Of a stretch of DNA of 64,000 bases, positions 44,983 through 53,921 are shown one piece after another. This DNA comes from Chlamydia trachomatis. GTDB lineage: Bacteria > Chlamydiota > Chlamydiia > Chlamydiales > 2-12-FULL-49-11. Within the stretch, counting starts at the first letter, position 1. Every line of letters starts with the position of its first letter. The notes below the pieces were generated by a model. The model worked only from the letters and a program-made list of their open reading frames with translations. It ran no database searches and had not been told where the DNA came from. The DNA is taken from assembly GCA_945872565.1 (NCBI GenBank), contig CAMBZN010000002.1, positions 71,556-135,555 on the forward strand, written 5' to 3'. A program made the position numbers and the translations under genes.

Positions 44983-46665
44983 TTAATACGTTGCAATTAA
45001 GCTAAAATAAAAGCGAACTCTTGAATCATACGATGCCTCAAAAGGGACATCTCCCAACCTTATCCCTAGATCAAACCTAGTGTAAAGATTATTAGAGATA
45101 TCATATCTTACCCCAGGACCAATCCCAGCTAAAAAGTAATAGCTAGGCTGTCCTACCATCGGCTTGTAAATCCATCCATTACCAATATCAAGAAAAACCA
45201 CCCCACATAATCGATCCAATGTTCGGTATTTTTCATTGATATATTTAAAAAGAGAAATCTGAGGGGTCCTTACATCAAAGTTAAAGATACATGCATTGTC
45301 AGTGTTCACTTCCCTATCCACATAACCCCTTACACTATCAATTCCCCCCAGCCCAAATTGCTCGATCGGGATGAGTGCATCAGAAGCTATTTGCCCTTGA
45401 AGGCGCACTTTTGCTGAAAAAGCCTTATTATTGTCCTCTTGGTAAGTATATTTTGATGATCCTCTAAGTATAAAATAAAGGGGATTTGAATCAGGTCTAA
45501 GGGCACTATAGGCACTATCTGACATGCTACTTCCTATTTGCCAAGGTTGAGCAAGCATAAGCGCTTTACCACTTACATGATGCCCGTCAAACTTCAAACC
45601 CCCAGTGTACTCAGCCGCAAGCTGAAATATAGTGACCGGAAGCTTGGAGATGTTTGTTTCATTTACGATAAAGTCATTATTAGTGGATTTATAGTCTAAA
45701 CCAAAGTCAATCGTCTGATGCATCTTCAACGATTGAGGGAGGGCAAGATCGTACCGACCAGATATTTGCCAGGCCTGGCCTAAATTTAAAGCTAAAGGCA
45801 AAGAGACATCCTCTGCTTGAATTCTAGAATAACCCCCATAAACGCGTAACCGATCATCATTGGGAAGAGGGGCAGAATAATCTAAGAAAAATGACTGATA
45901 TCCAGAAAAGTCTGGGGAGGTTGTATAACAAATGGCAAGAACTTGATCAAGTTCAAACATGTTCCCCCAGTTAAATCCAATATAGAGTCTAGAATACTCA
46001 GTAATTCTAAATCCAGTATTGTCAGCTCCCGCATAAAAATTGATGGGCTTTTTATCCTCAACAACTAATTCAATATCTGTTTCAAGGGGGTTTTTTCCAG
46101 CCTTATAGATCACCTCCGCTTTTCTCCACGGACTACTATTGATTCGATTGACCCCAGCAAAAAGCTCGTCACAGTTAAGAATATCATTGTGCGCAAGGGT
46201 GATGTACTGTAAGTATCGCTCCTTTGAAAACCAGTAATTGCCAGTAACTGTTATATCCCCAACCTTAGATTCAGAGACTTTAACCACAATCACCCCATTT
46301 GTGCAATCCTGTTCAGGTAACGTCACCGCAACATGTCTATGGCATTGTTTAAGGTAGTAGTCAGCAATTTTTCGTTTACATTCTTGCACATCTTTAAATG
46401 TAAGGGGGCGTCCTATCATCTCCTTTTCTAGGCTCTTACAAAATAGTATTTGCACATCCATATCTTCTGGCGGTCGTACTCGGTAGAATAATACCCCTTT
46501 TGTTGTTTTAAGAATATAGTCCGGCGGGGAATTATTCTCTCCAGAAATAATAAAACCTTTAACCTTTTGAACTATCATCTCTTGATTATCAATATAGCTT
46601 TCTTCTACTTTTCCAAATAAAAGAGTAGGGACCAAACATAATAATAGGATTTTTTGTACATTCAA
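44983..46665 (-). CDS. ShlB/FhaC/HecB-type (TpsB) Omp85-superfamily outer-membrane transporter
   Basis: Signal peptide. POTRA-like 'VKGFIISGEN...ITVTGNYWFSKERYLQYI'. Loop-6 motif 'GGIDSVRGY'. C-terminal aromatic 'FSLIATY'. Confidence 0.75.
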   Translation of the reverse strand: MNVQKILLLCLVPTLLFGKVEESYIDNQEMIVQKVKGFIISGENNSPPDYILKTTKGVLFYRVRPPEDMDVQILFCKSLEKEMIGRPLTFKDVQECKRKIADYYLKQCHRHVAVTLPEQDCTNGVIVVKVSESKVGDITVTGNYWFSKERYLQYITLAHNDILNCDELFAGVNRINSSPWRKAEVIYKAGKNPLETDIELVVEDKKPINFYAGADNTGFRITEYSRLYIGFNWGNMFELDQVLAICYTTSPDFSGYQSFFLDYSAPLPNDDRLRVYGGYSRIQAEDVSLPLALNLGQAWQISGRYDLALPQSLKMHQTIDFGLDYKSTNNDFIVNETNISKLPVTIFQLAAEYTGGLKFDGHHVSGKALMLAQPWQIGSSMSDSAYSALRPDSNPLYFILRGSSKYTYQEDNNKAFSAKVRLQGQIASDALIPIEQFGLGGIDSVRGYVDREVNTDNACIFNFDVRTPQISLFKYINEKYRTLDRLCGVVFLDIGNGWIYKPMVGQPSYYFLAGIGPGVRYDISNNLYTRFDLGIRLGDVPFEASYDSRVRFYFSLIATY

Positions 46666-46726
46666 AAGTCTTTACCAAAAAAAAGAATAACCCTAGTATA
46701 TATAATTAAACATTTATCCAGTCAAT

Positions 46727-47935
46727 ATGAAAAAATTCTTCTTTTCATTGCTCATTACAATTTCTGCCTCTTTGCAAGCTGCAGACAATGACAGCATGAA
46801 TTTAGAGGCTCTAAAAGAATGGATTGCAACAAAGCGAGCTCTAACTCTAGATGAGCGCGGCGGGGCATTATCCCTTAGTGCTGATTTTCATGTAGAGTAC
46901 ATTGCTCTTTCCGAGCAAAAAAATGGAATAAAAAATCTTGGATCGCAATCTTTAAACCCCTTTATTCCTTCAGATCAATTCGATATTGAGTTTAACTTTC
47001 TCCTTGATTACAGAACAGATATGACATGGGCATCTGCTAAAATTGAGTACGATAACAACATGGGGATCAACTTAGGAACATTTAATAGGATCTTTTTAGA
47101 AAGGGCCTTTTTTGGATTTCGTCTTGATGAAACAGAACTTTCCACTACCGATATCGAATTTGGAAGACGGTTTTTAAGCTATACCTTTGATTCCCAAATA
47201 CAGTTTGGGGCGCTAATGGATGGAATTTTATTGTTATACAACCAAACTACTGAGCTCTATGGCGATTTTTATATTTATGCAGCTCCATTTATTGTAAATG
47301 AAACTCTCTCTCATATTTCCTTTGTAGTTGAAACAGGTCTTTTAAACATTTTTAACACAGGGTTTTACGCAAAATATTCATTGATTGATTGGGCAACCCA
47401 TGACTATGAAGACCGGCTGTTAAATCTTGCTTTCAACTATTTAAATAGTCAGTTTCTCCTTGGCTATCGACTTCAAAATCCCTTTTTTGACGCTGTTACC
47501 ATCTTTTATGGTGCATTTTTAGTGAATGCTCTTGCTAAACCCTTTGAAATTCTTGACGGCCGGCTTGACAACCTTGCAGGGTATGTTGGTGTGTCCATGG
47601 GGGAGATTAGAAAGAAGAACGACTGGTCGCTAGACTTTAATGTCCAATTTGTCCAACCTCAGGCCGTCCCTTTTATAGATTTTTCTGGAATCGGTATTGA
47701 AAATCCTGAAAATATTGGATTATATACTCTCCTATCTGACGGGGGGGGGCTTGCAACAATTAAAGAAACTGCCGTTGCAAATAGCAATTACTGGGGTTTT
47801 AAACTCTCCTTTCTTTATGCTTTGCAAGACACAATCACCCTCTCTCAAAGTTTTTCTTTAACTAGACCTTTGATGGACGTGCATAATAAATTTGATTTTC
47901 AAAAGTATAAGCTTGAGTTAATCTATGCATTCTAA
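46727..47935 (+). CDS. Predicted outer-membrane beta-barrel protein / porin candidate
   Basis: Signal peptide 'LLITISASLQA|AD'. Alternating-hydrophobicity strands. C-terminal 'YKLELIYAF' (terminal Phe). Family not recognised. Confidence 0.6.
   Translation: MKKFFFSLLITISASLQAADNDSMNLEALKEWIATKRALTLDERGGALSLSADFHVEYIALSEQKNGIKNLGSQSLNPFIPSDQFDIEFNFLLDYRTDMTWASAKIEYDNNMGINLGTFNRIFLERAFFGFRLDETELSTTDIEFGRRFLSYTFDSQIQFGALMDGILLLYNQTTELYGDFYIYAAPFIVNETLSHISFVVETGLLNIFNTGFYAKYSLIDWATHDYEDRLLNLAFNYLNSQFLLGYRLQNPFFDAVTIFYGAFLVNALAKPFEILDGRLDNLAGYVGVSMGEIRKKNDWSLDFNVQFVQPQAVPFIDFSGIGIENPENIGLYTLLSDGGGLATIKETAVANSNYWGFKLSFLYALQDTITLSQSFSLTRPLMDVHNKFDFQKYKLELIYAF
47741..47749 (+). repeat. G9 homopolymeric tract inside the OMP gene
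   Basis: 'gac ggg ggg ggg ctt' encodes D-G-G-G-L at codons 338-342. It is the longest G/C run I found in the window. Confidence 0.95.
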
Positions 47936-47949
47936 TTAGTATCATTTGC

Positions 47950-48669
47950 ATGGACAAAAGTTATGTAAAATTGCATGAAGAGGGGTTTCTTCCTGGCCCA
48001 AAAGAATCCAAAGAGGCATTTTTTTATAGAGTTTCCTTACTGCGAAAAATTGCTACTTGTCCGGCAAAATATATTACTGAAAAAAGTTTCAGGGGGCGGG
48101 TTTTTACCCCTGTGGACAGGGCTTACCTTTTGGTCGATCAGTGCAAACATTGCTTCTTTCAAGCCTCTTCTACAACCATTATAGAAGTAGAATCGGGCGT
48201 ATTCATTCCAATAATTAAAACCCCCTCAAAATTTTCCTCTTTATTTGTAAATTCCAAAGAGGTGATGGCCCATGAGCAAATCCACGCAAAAAGAGCACAA
48301 TTTGACGAGCCAAAATTTGAAGAAATCATTGCCTATCGATCTTCTAAATCCCATTTTAGACAACAGATCAGCCCGGTTATTTCTACAACTAAGCAGCAAG
48401 GTCTATTTTTTCTCCTCGTCCTTTTTATGCCAGTTTCATTATACCCCATTTTAGCTTTCATTTTATGGTGTTCTATTACATCTTTTACCCGTCAAAAGCA
48501 TATTCACAGGTGCCTTGCCCATCTTAAAAAAATTTCAAACTCTCCTGAAGAGATTTTGATTGCAATGACAGACAAAGAGATCCTTCAAATGAGCAAAAAC
48601 GGTGCTCTACCTAACGATCCTGATGAATTTCGCTGGCAATTTATTACCAAATTATTTATCCAATTATGA
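47950..48669 (+). CDS. Hypothetical membrane protein with an HExxH motif
   Basis: 'VMAHEQIHAKR' at 48271-48285. Paired hydrophobic segments 'GLFFLLVLFMPVSLYPILAFILWCSITSF'. Starts 14 bp after the OMP gene. Confidence 0.5.
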   Translation: MDKSYVKLHEEGFLPGPKESKEAFFYRVSLLRKIATCPAKYITEKSFRGRVFTPVDRAYLLVDQCKHCFFQASSTTIIEVESGVFIPIIKTPSKFSSLFVNSKEVMAHEQIHAKRAQFDEPKFEEIIAYRSSKSHFRQQISPVISTTKQQGLFFLLVLFMPVSLYPILAFILWCSITSFTRQKHIHRCLAHLKKISNSPEEILIAMTDKEILQMSKNGALPNDPDEFRWQFITKLFIQL

Positions 48670-49358
48670 AAAAGTTTTATCTACTAGTACTAACAGCTAT
48701 CATTGCAACCGCAGCTTTGTTCTCCTGGAAACGCCCCTATGAAGAAAACTTCGCTGCGGATGAAAAGTACTTAACCGACTATGATTTTCATTTTTTAGCC
48801 ATCTACGAAAAAAATGATCGATATTTTCATCAAAAAATTCAATCGATGTTAAATCAAAATTATGAAAACTACGAAATCACCATTTTTATTGATAAAGATT
48901 ACACAGCAGAAGCTGATAAAGTAAGGTTGAATGCTAAAAAGGCGTGTAAAGGGCACCTTGTAAACTTTGTTGAAATGGACCAAAATGCTCCAATAACATT
49001 AATCGTTAAAGATGCTACAGCAGGGTTGAAACAAGACACCGTCTTAGTCCTTTTGGGAAAAAACTGCATGTTCACAGAATCTTCTACCTTGAAGGAATTA
49101 AATTCCATTTACAAAAAGCAACCTACTGTTCAATTGACCTATTCTAACTTTATGAATTTTCCCACTTTTTTAATAAATAAAATGCCCCTTGACTATAGAA
49201 AGTCTAGTTTTAAAACAATTCTTGCTCGTTTGTTCAAAAATGGTACTCTGGATAAGCATTCAAGTGCTAACCTTGATCAAGCCTTTGCCTCTTTCGACGA
49301 GGTTACTCTTGAAAAAGCCCTCTATATCAACCACCCATTCTACCTTAAAGTTCGATGA
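48666..49358 (+). CDS. Membrane-anchored GT-A-fold glycosyltransferase-like protein (degenerate)
   Basis: N-terminal anchor 'LLVLTAIIATAALF'. 'FLAIYEKNDRYFHQKIQSMLNQNYENYEITIFIDKD' resembles the GT2 N-terminal motif. ATGA overlap with the upstream gene. Confidence 0.4.
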   Translation: MKKFYLLVLTAIIATAALFSWKRPYEENFAADEKYLTDYDFHFLAIYEKNDRYFHQKIQSMLNQNYENYEITIFIDKDYTAEADKVRLNAKKACKGHLVNFVEMDQNAPITLIVKDATAGLKQDTVLVLLGKNCMFTESSTLKELNSIYKKQPTVQLTYSNFMNFPTFLINKMPLDYRKSSFKTILARLFKNGTLDKHSSANLDQAFASFDEVTLEKALYINHPFYLKVR

Positions 49359-50557
49359 TATGCCCCGGAAATATGTAATTTCTTCCTGTACTTTGCAACT
49401 GTTCGTCTTGAACAAATGACTCCAGAAGCTTGCAGTAATTTCTTAAGTATTTCATCTGGGTAGGGCTCTTGCTTATTTTCTTGATCGATGATCTTTTGCA
49501 AAAGCTGTTTTGCTTTTTCTACAGTTTGATCACAAGATGGGGTAAGAGTTGGTCTAGAAAAAAAGTACCCTAAAGAAAAAAGGCCCGCTGGAGTCTGGAT
49601 ATATTTTTCTGATAAAATTCTAGAGAGGGTACTTTCAGAAATATCTAGATCCTGGATTACTTGCGCCCTTGATAGGACTTTTTTTTCGCCCTTGCCTAGC
49701 AAAAACGCCTCTTGCGCCTTTACAATTTTGCTCACAATCCACTCTAAACGGTTCTTCCTTTGGTGAAGCTGGTAGATAAATCGCTTTGCATCCATCTGCT
49801 TTTTTGCTGACCCTGCACGTCTTAACTGTACACTAGGATAAAACTCTTTGACAAACTCCAAATGCCACTTTCCATCAAATGAAAGAATCATCTCTGGAAC
49901 AATATGTTTTACTACCTCACAGTCAAACCTTCTTCCCGGAAAAGGATCTAACCGCTTAATCTCTTCAATGGCCCTTATAATCTCTTGAGTGGAAACATGG
50001 TTCATTTGAGATAACTTTTTGATATCACGGACTAAAAAGGCTTTGTAACCCTCTTTTAAGATGTCGGTGGCAAGCTGATGCACGCCTTCTTGTTCTTGCA
50101 ATTGTAATATCAATGCCTGCTGCGGGCTTGCCGCTGCAATTCCTACTGGGTCTAATTGCCATATTTTTTCAAGAACTGGTGTCACCTTGCCGGAATAAAA
50201 TCCATTATGATCTAAACTTGCAGCAATAGTTAACGCCTCTTCCTTTTCCCCCTGCAGAAAGCAAGTTTCAATTTGAAATGCCAAATGTTCATAAAGAGAC
50301 TCTTGCTGTTTTAATTGGTCATAGTCAACTTCATCAATAAAAAAAGCTTTGGATCGAACTTTTAAACCACCATTATCCTTACAATACTCTTGAACAAAAT
50401 CTGAAAAAAACACCCCTGGCAATGCAAGCACGTTTTGAATCATCTGGACGTCATATCCTTGCAAAAGACTTTGGTCGAGCTTAACAGCTACTTTTTGATT
50501 CATCTTCATAATTTCTTTATAGAAAATGCCGCTTAAACTGTAAAGAAAATTAATCAA
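49340..50557 (-). CDS. rpoN: RNA polymerase sigma-54 factor RpoN
   Basis: C-terminal HTH and RpoN box 'SRRTVAKYRKKL'. The start is uncertain: TTG at 50557 (track) or ATG at 50509/50503 ('MKMNQK...'). Confidence 0.88.
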   Translation of the reverse strand: MINFLYSLSGIFYKEIMKMNQKVAVKLDQSLLQGYDVQMIQNVLALPGVFFSDFVQEYCKDNGGLKVRSKAFFIDEVDYDQLKQQESLYEHLAFQIETCFLQGEKEEALTIAASLDHNGFYSGKVTPVLEKIWQLDPVGIAAASPQQALILQLQEQEGVHQLATDILKEGYKAFLVRDIKKLSQMNHVSTQEIIRAIEEIKRLDPFPGRRFDCEVVKHIVPEMILSFDGKWHLEFVKEFYPSVQLRRAGSAKKQMDAKRFIYQLHQRKNRLEWIVSKIVKAQEAFLLGKGEKKVLSRAQVIQDLDISESTLSRILSEKYIQTPAGLFSLGYFFSRPTLTPSCDQTVEKAKQLLQKIIDQENKQEPYPDEILKKLLQASGVICSRRTVAKYRKKLHISGAYHRTLR

Positions 50558-52670
50558 GCAGAGTTAATCTTGCATATTTTGCAACAAGGGTTCGTTTTTG
50601 ATTATCTGAGTAAAATAACACATCATAGGTGAGCCCGTATGATGTCTCATAGATTTTATCAATGACCCCTTTGCCAAAACTTTTGTGGACAACACCCCCC
50701 CCGACCCTTGCTGTGTTAGAGCAGATCTCTTCTTGATCCATTTCCTTTCCTGCTACATGCTTTAGCGGAAGCTCACTTAAAAATCTTGAAGCTGTAAGAA
50801 TTTTTTCTGTTCCCCATAAAAAGCGTCTTTTAGCCAAGGTCATATGTAGATATTGTTTTGCCCGAGTCATTCCCACATAGAACAAACGCCTCTCTTCCTC
50901 AATGTCCTCATAAGAATTTTTAGCTCTAATATGGGGGAATACATCCTCTTCTAAACCGACAATAAAGCAAACGCTAAACTCTAATCCTTTTGCATTATGA
51001 ATAGTCATCAACGATATTTTTCGCTCAATATTCTCATCTTTTATGCCGTCCACATCCAAACAAACATCTTCCAAAAATTTCTGAAGAGTGCCTTGTTTTT
51101 GTTTATCATACGCATCTGCTTTAGAAATTAATTCATCAATATTTTCAAGGCGATCACGCATGGACTCTTTATCTTCAGAAAGGACGGCACTGTACCGGCA
51201 GCAAGCATATACTTCTGCAATAAGCTCCGCAATTGGGGGCGACTCTTGCGCAAAACTACTCATTTGGTCGTAAAATTTTACAAAATCCTTTACCCCTTCC
51301 AAGGCAGTTGCTGTTAGTTTAAACGGCGCTTCCCCCTTGATGATCGAATGTAATGTATCGATAATAGTGGTATTACCGTCCCTACTTGCAGTGATAATTT
51401 TTTCTATTGATTTTGGTCCCACCCCTCTTTTTGGCAAGTTAATCACTCGGGTAAAACTAACAGGGTCTGAAGGTGCAGATAAAATCCTTAAAAAACCTAA
51501 AATATCTTTAATTTCCTTTCGCTGATAAAAAGAGAGCCCCCCTATAATTTGATAAGGGATGCCATTTTCGATTAATCCATCTTCAAACATCCTTGATTGA
51601 GAGTTTGTCCGATAAAAAATCACAATCTCCTCTGGCAAAATGTGATTTTTTAAATACCCTTTTATCGTATTTACCACAAACCGAACCTCTTCATATCCAT
51701 TAGAAAATGGGTGCACATGAACTTTTTCTCCATCTCCTTTATCGCTAAATAAGTTTTTTTCATACAATCGATTGTTATTTTCAATCACATGATTTGCAGC
51801 AGATAAAATATGGGCCGTACTGCGATAATTTTGCTCCAGGGCGATGACCTTTGCCCCTGGAAAATCCTTTTCAAAGTTCAAGATATTGCTTATCTTAGCC
51901 CCTCTCCAAGAATAAATGGATTGGTCTGGATCCCCAACAACAAAAAGATTTTGATGTCTTGCGCTTAATGCTTTACAAATAAGATATTGAGCATGATTTG
52001 TATCCTGGTACTCATCTACCAAGATATATTTCCAACGATTTGCGTATTTTTCACTTAAATCTTTATCTTTTAGGATAAAAACAGTAAGCATGATTAAATC
52101 ATCAAAATCAACAGCATTAGATCCTTTTAATCTTTCCTGATAGGTCTTGTAAGTTTGAATAAAAAGAGACTTTTCAGCCTCACTTTCAAAAAACAATTCC
52201 TTTGAAAAATTTGATCCTGGCGGATAAAGCTTTGATTTAGCAGAAGAAATTTTACTTTTCATCTCTTTAACCACAGCCTTTTCCTTTTTTCCAGTAAGCT
52301 CAAGTAGAATTGCTGCTAAAAGGGAATCTGAATCAGACTGATCGAAAATTAAAAAGTCATTACCGTACCCAAAATGGTGAATTGATTCACGAAGGATCCT
52401 TACTCCAAGAGCATGAAACGTTACAGTTAATGGAGGGATTAATGCTTTTTTTTCTAATCGTTCTCTTAGTTCGTTTGCTGCCTTATTTGTAAAGGTAAGG
52501 GCTAATATCTCAGAGGAAAGAACCCCTTTTTCTAGCAAATTAGCAATTCGGTTGATTACAACAGCAGTTTTTCCAGACCCAGCTCCTGCGATAACTACCA
52601 AAGGGCCCTCTAAATGCCCAACAGCATCCAATTGCCTCTTGTTTAATAAAATTCTTTCAGACATAATCAA
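50550..52670 (-). CDS. uvrD: UvrD/PcrA/Rep-family ATP-dependent DNA helicase
   Basis: 'AGAGSGKT', 'TFHALG', 'ILVDEYQDTN', 'VGDPDQSIYSWRGA', 'QNYRS', 'TIHNAKGLEF', 'YVGMTRAK'. Confidence 0.93.
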   Translation of the reverse strand: MIMSERILLNKRQLDAVGHLEGPLVVIAGAGSGKTAVVINRIANLLEKGVLSSEILALTFTNKAANELRERLEKKALIPPLTVTFHALGVRILRESIHHFGYGNDFLIFDQSDSDSLLAAILLELTGKKEKAVVKEMKSKISSAKSKLYPPGSNFSKELFFESEAEKSLFIQTYKTYQERLKGSNAVDFDDLIMLTVFILKDKDLSEKYANRWKYILVDEYQDTNHAQYLICKALSARHQNLFVVGDPDQSIYSWRGAKISNILNFEKDFPGAKVIALEQNYRSTAHILSAANHVIENNNRLYEKNLFSDKGDGEKVHVHPFSNGYEEVRFVVNTIKGYLKNHILPEEIVIFYRTNSQSRMFEDGLIENGIPYQIIGGLSFYQRKEIKDILGFLRILSAPSDPVSFTRVINLPKRGVGPKSIEKIITASRDGNTTIIDTLHSIIKGEAPFKLTATALEGVKDFVKFYDQMSSFAQESPPIAELIAEVYACCRYSAVLSEDKESMRDRLENIDELISKADAYDKQKQGTLQKFLEDVCLDVDGIKDENIERKISLMTIHNAKGLEFSVCFIVGLEEDVFPHIRAKNSYEDIEEERRLFYVGMTRAKQYLHMTLAKRRFLWGTEKILTASRFLSELPLKHVAGKEMDQEEICSNTARVGGGVVHKSFGKGVIDKIYETSYGLTYDVLFYSDNQKRTLVAKYARLTLLD

Positions 52671-52697
52671 ATTTTCCTTGCAAAGAGGTTACGATAT

Positions 52698-53921
52698 ATG
52701 TCTATGCGATTCAAGGTTTTTCTCCTTCTTTATCCAATTTTTACCTTTGGGGCAAAAATTACTTTAGGGATCGACACTTTTCTTTTAAAAGACAACCTAA
52801 AAAATTATGCAAACAAGCGTATCGGAGTGATTACAAACCATACTGCTATTTCAAAAGATGGAAGTTTAACAATTGATCGCCTCCTTGCTGAACCTACCCT
52901 TTCGATAAAAACGATATTTGCTCCCGAACATGGTTTTTATGGAAATGTCGGTGCAGAAAAAATTGTTGCAGATGACTTGTATAATAGCACCATCCCCATC
53001 TACAGTCTTCATGGGCTGATAAAGCGTCCAACAAAATCCATGCTCAAAGATCTAGATGTGTTAATTTATGATATCCAAGACATTGGCATCAGACCTTACA
53101 CTTATACTACAACGCTATTTTACTGCATGGAGGAGGCTGCAAAATTTAACATCGAAATGGTCGTTCTGGATAGACCCAATCCAATGGGCGGTCTATCTTA
53201 TGACGGTCCTATGTTAGAAGAGTCTAAACGATCTTTTCTTGGGTATGTAAATGTTCCCTACTGTCATAGTTTAACAGTCTGTGAGCTTGCTCTGCTGTTT
53301 AATAGAGAATATAAAATTGGGTGTAATCTTAAATGTTGCCTGATGACTGGTTGGGATGATCGAGCTGTATTTAAAGAGACTGATTTACTTTGGGTTCCTG
53401 CAAGTCCTAATATTCCTGATCCAGAGACCCCTTTTTACTATGCAACAACAGGGGCAATTGGCCAGCTTGGCATTATTAATATCGGAATTGGGACTGGCTT
53501 CCCGTTTAAAGTTTTAGCAGCACCATGGGTAGATGCTAAGCAATTTTCCGCAGCGCTAAATCTTGCAAAACTGCCCGGGGTGATCTTTACCCCTTTTACC
53601 TATACGCCGTCTGTAGGAAGCATGAAAAACCTCTCCTGCAACGGAGTAAGAATTCATATTATCAATACAAAGATTTATAAACCTGTTAAAACAGGGCTTA
53701 TGATGCTTGGTATCCTTAAATCTCTCTACCCAAAGATAATGAATGAAAAGCTTGATTCCACCACGCAACTTTTTAGAGGGCTATACAATCAAGTAAATGG
53801 TAGCGAAAAGTACCTTTCTATCCTTATCAATGAGAAATTTCCTGCTTATAAGCTCATCCAAGAGCAAGAAAAGGATCACTTAAGTTTTGAACAGATGAAA
53901 GTTAAATACCGCATGTACTAA
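52698..53921 (+). CDS. DUF1343 / NamZ-type (exo-beta-N-acetylmuramidase family) protein with signal peptide
   Basis: 'LGIDTFL....KRIGVITNHTA', 'FAPEHGF', 'LIYDIQDIG.R.YTY', 'VLDRPNP' follow the DUF1343 pattern. Confidence 0.65.
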   Translation: MSMRFKVFLLLYPIFTFGAKITLGIDTFLLKDNLKNYANKRIGVITNHTAISKDGSLTIDRLLAEPTLSIKTIFAPEHGFYGNVGAEKIVADDLYNSTIPIYSLHGLIKRPTKSMLKDLDVLIYDIQDIGIRPYTYTTTLFYCMEEAAKFNIEMVVLDRPNPMGGLSYDGPMLEESKRSFLGYVNVPYCHSLTVCELALLFNREYKIGCNLKCCLMTGWDDRAVFKETDLLWVPASPNIPDPETPFYYATTGAIGQLGIINIGIGTGFPFKVLAAPWVDAKQFSAALNLAKLPGVIFTPFTYTPSVGSMKNLSCNGVRIHIINTKIYKPVKTGLMMLGILKSLYPKIMNEKLDSTTQLFRGLYNQVNGSEKYLSILINEKFPAYKLIQEQEKDHLSFEQMKVKYRMY

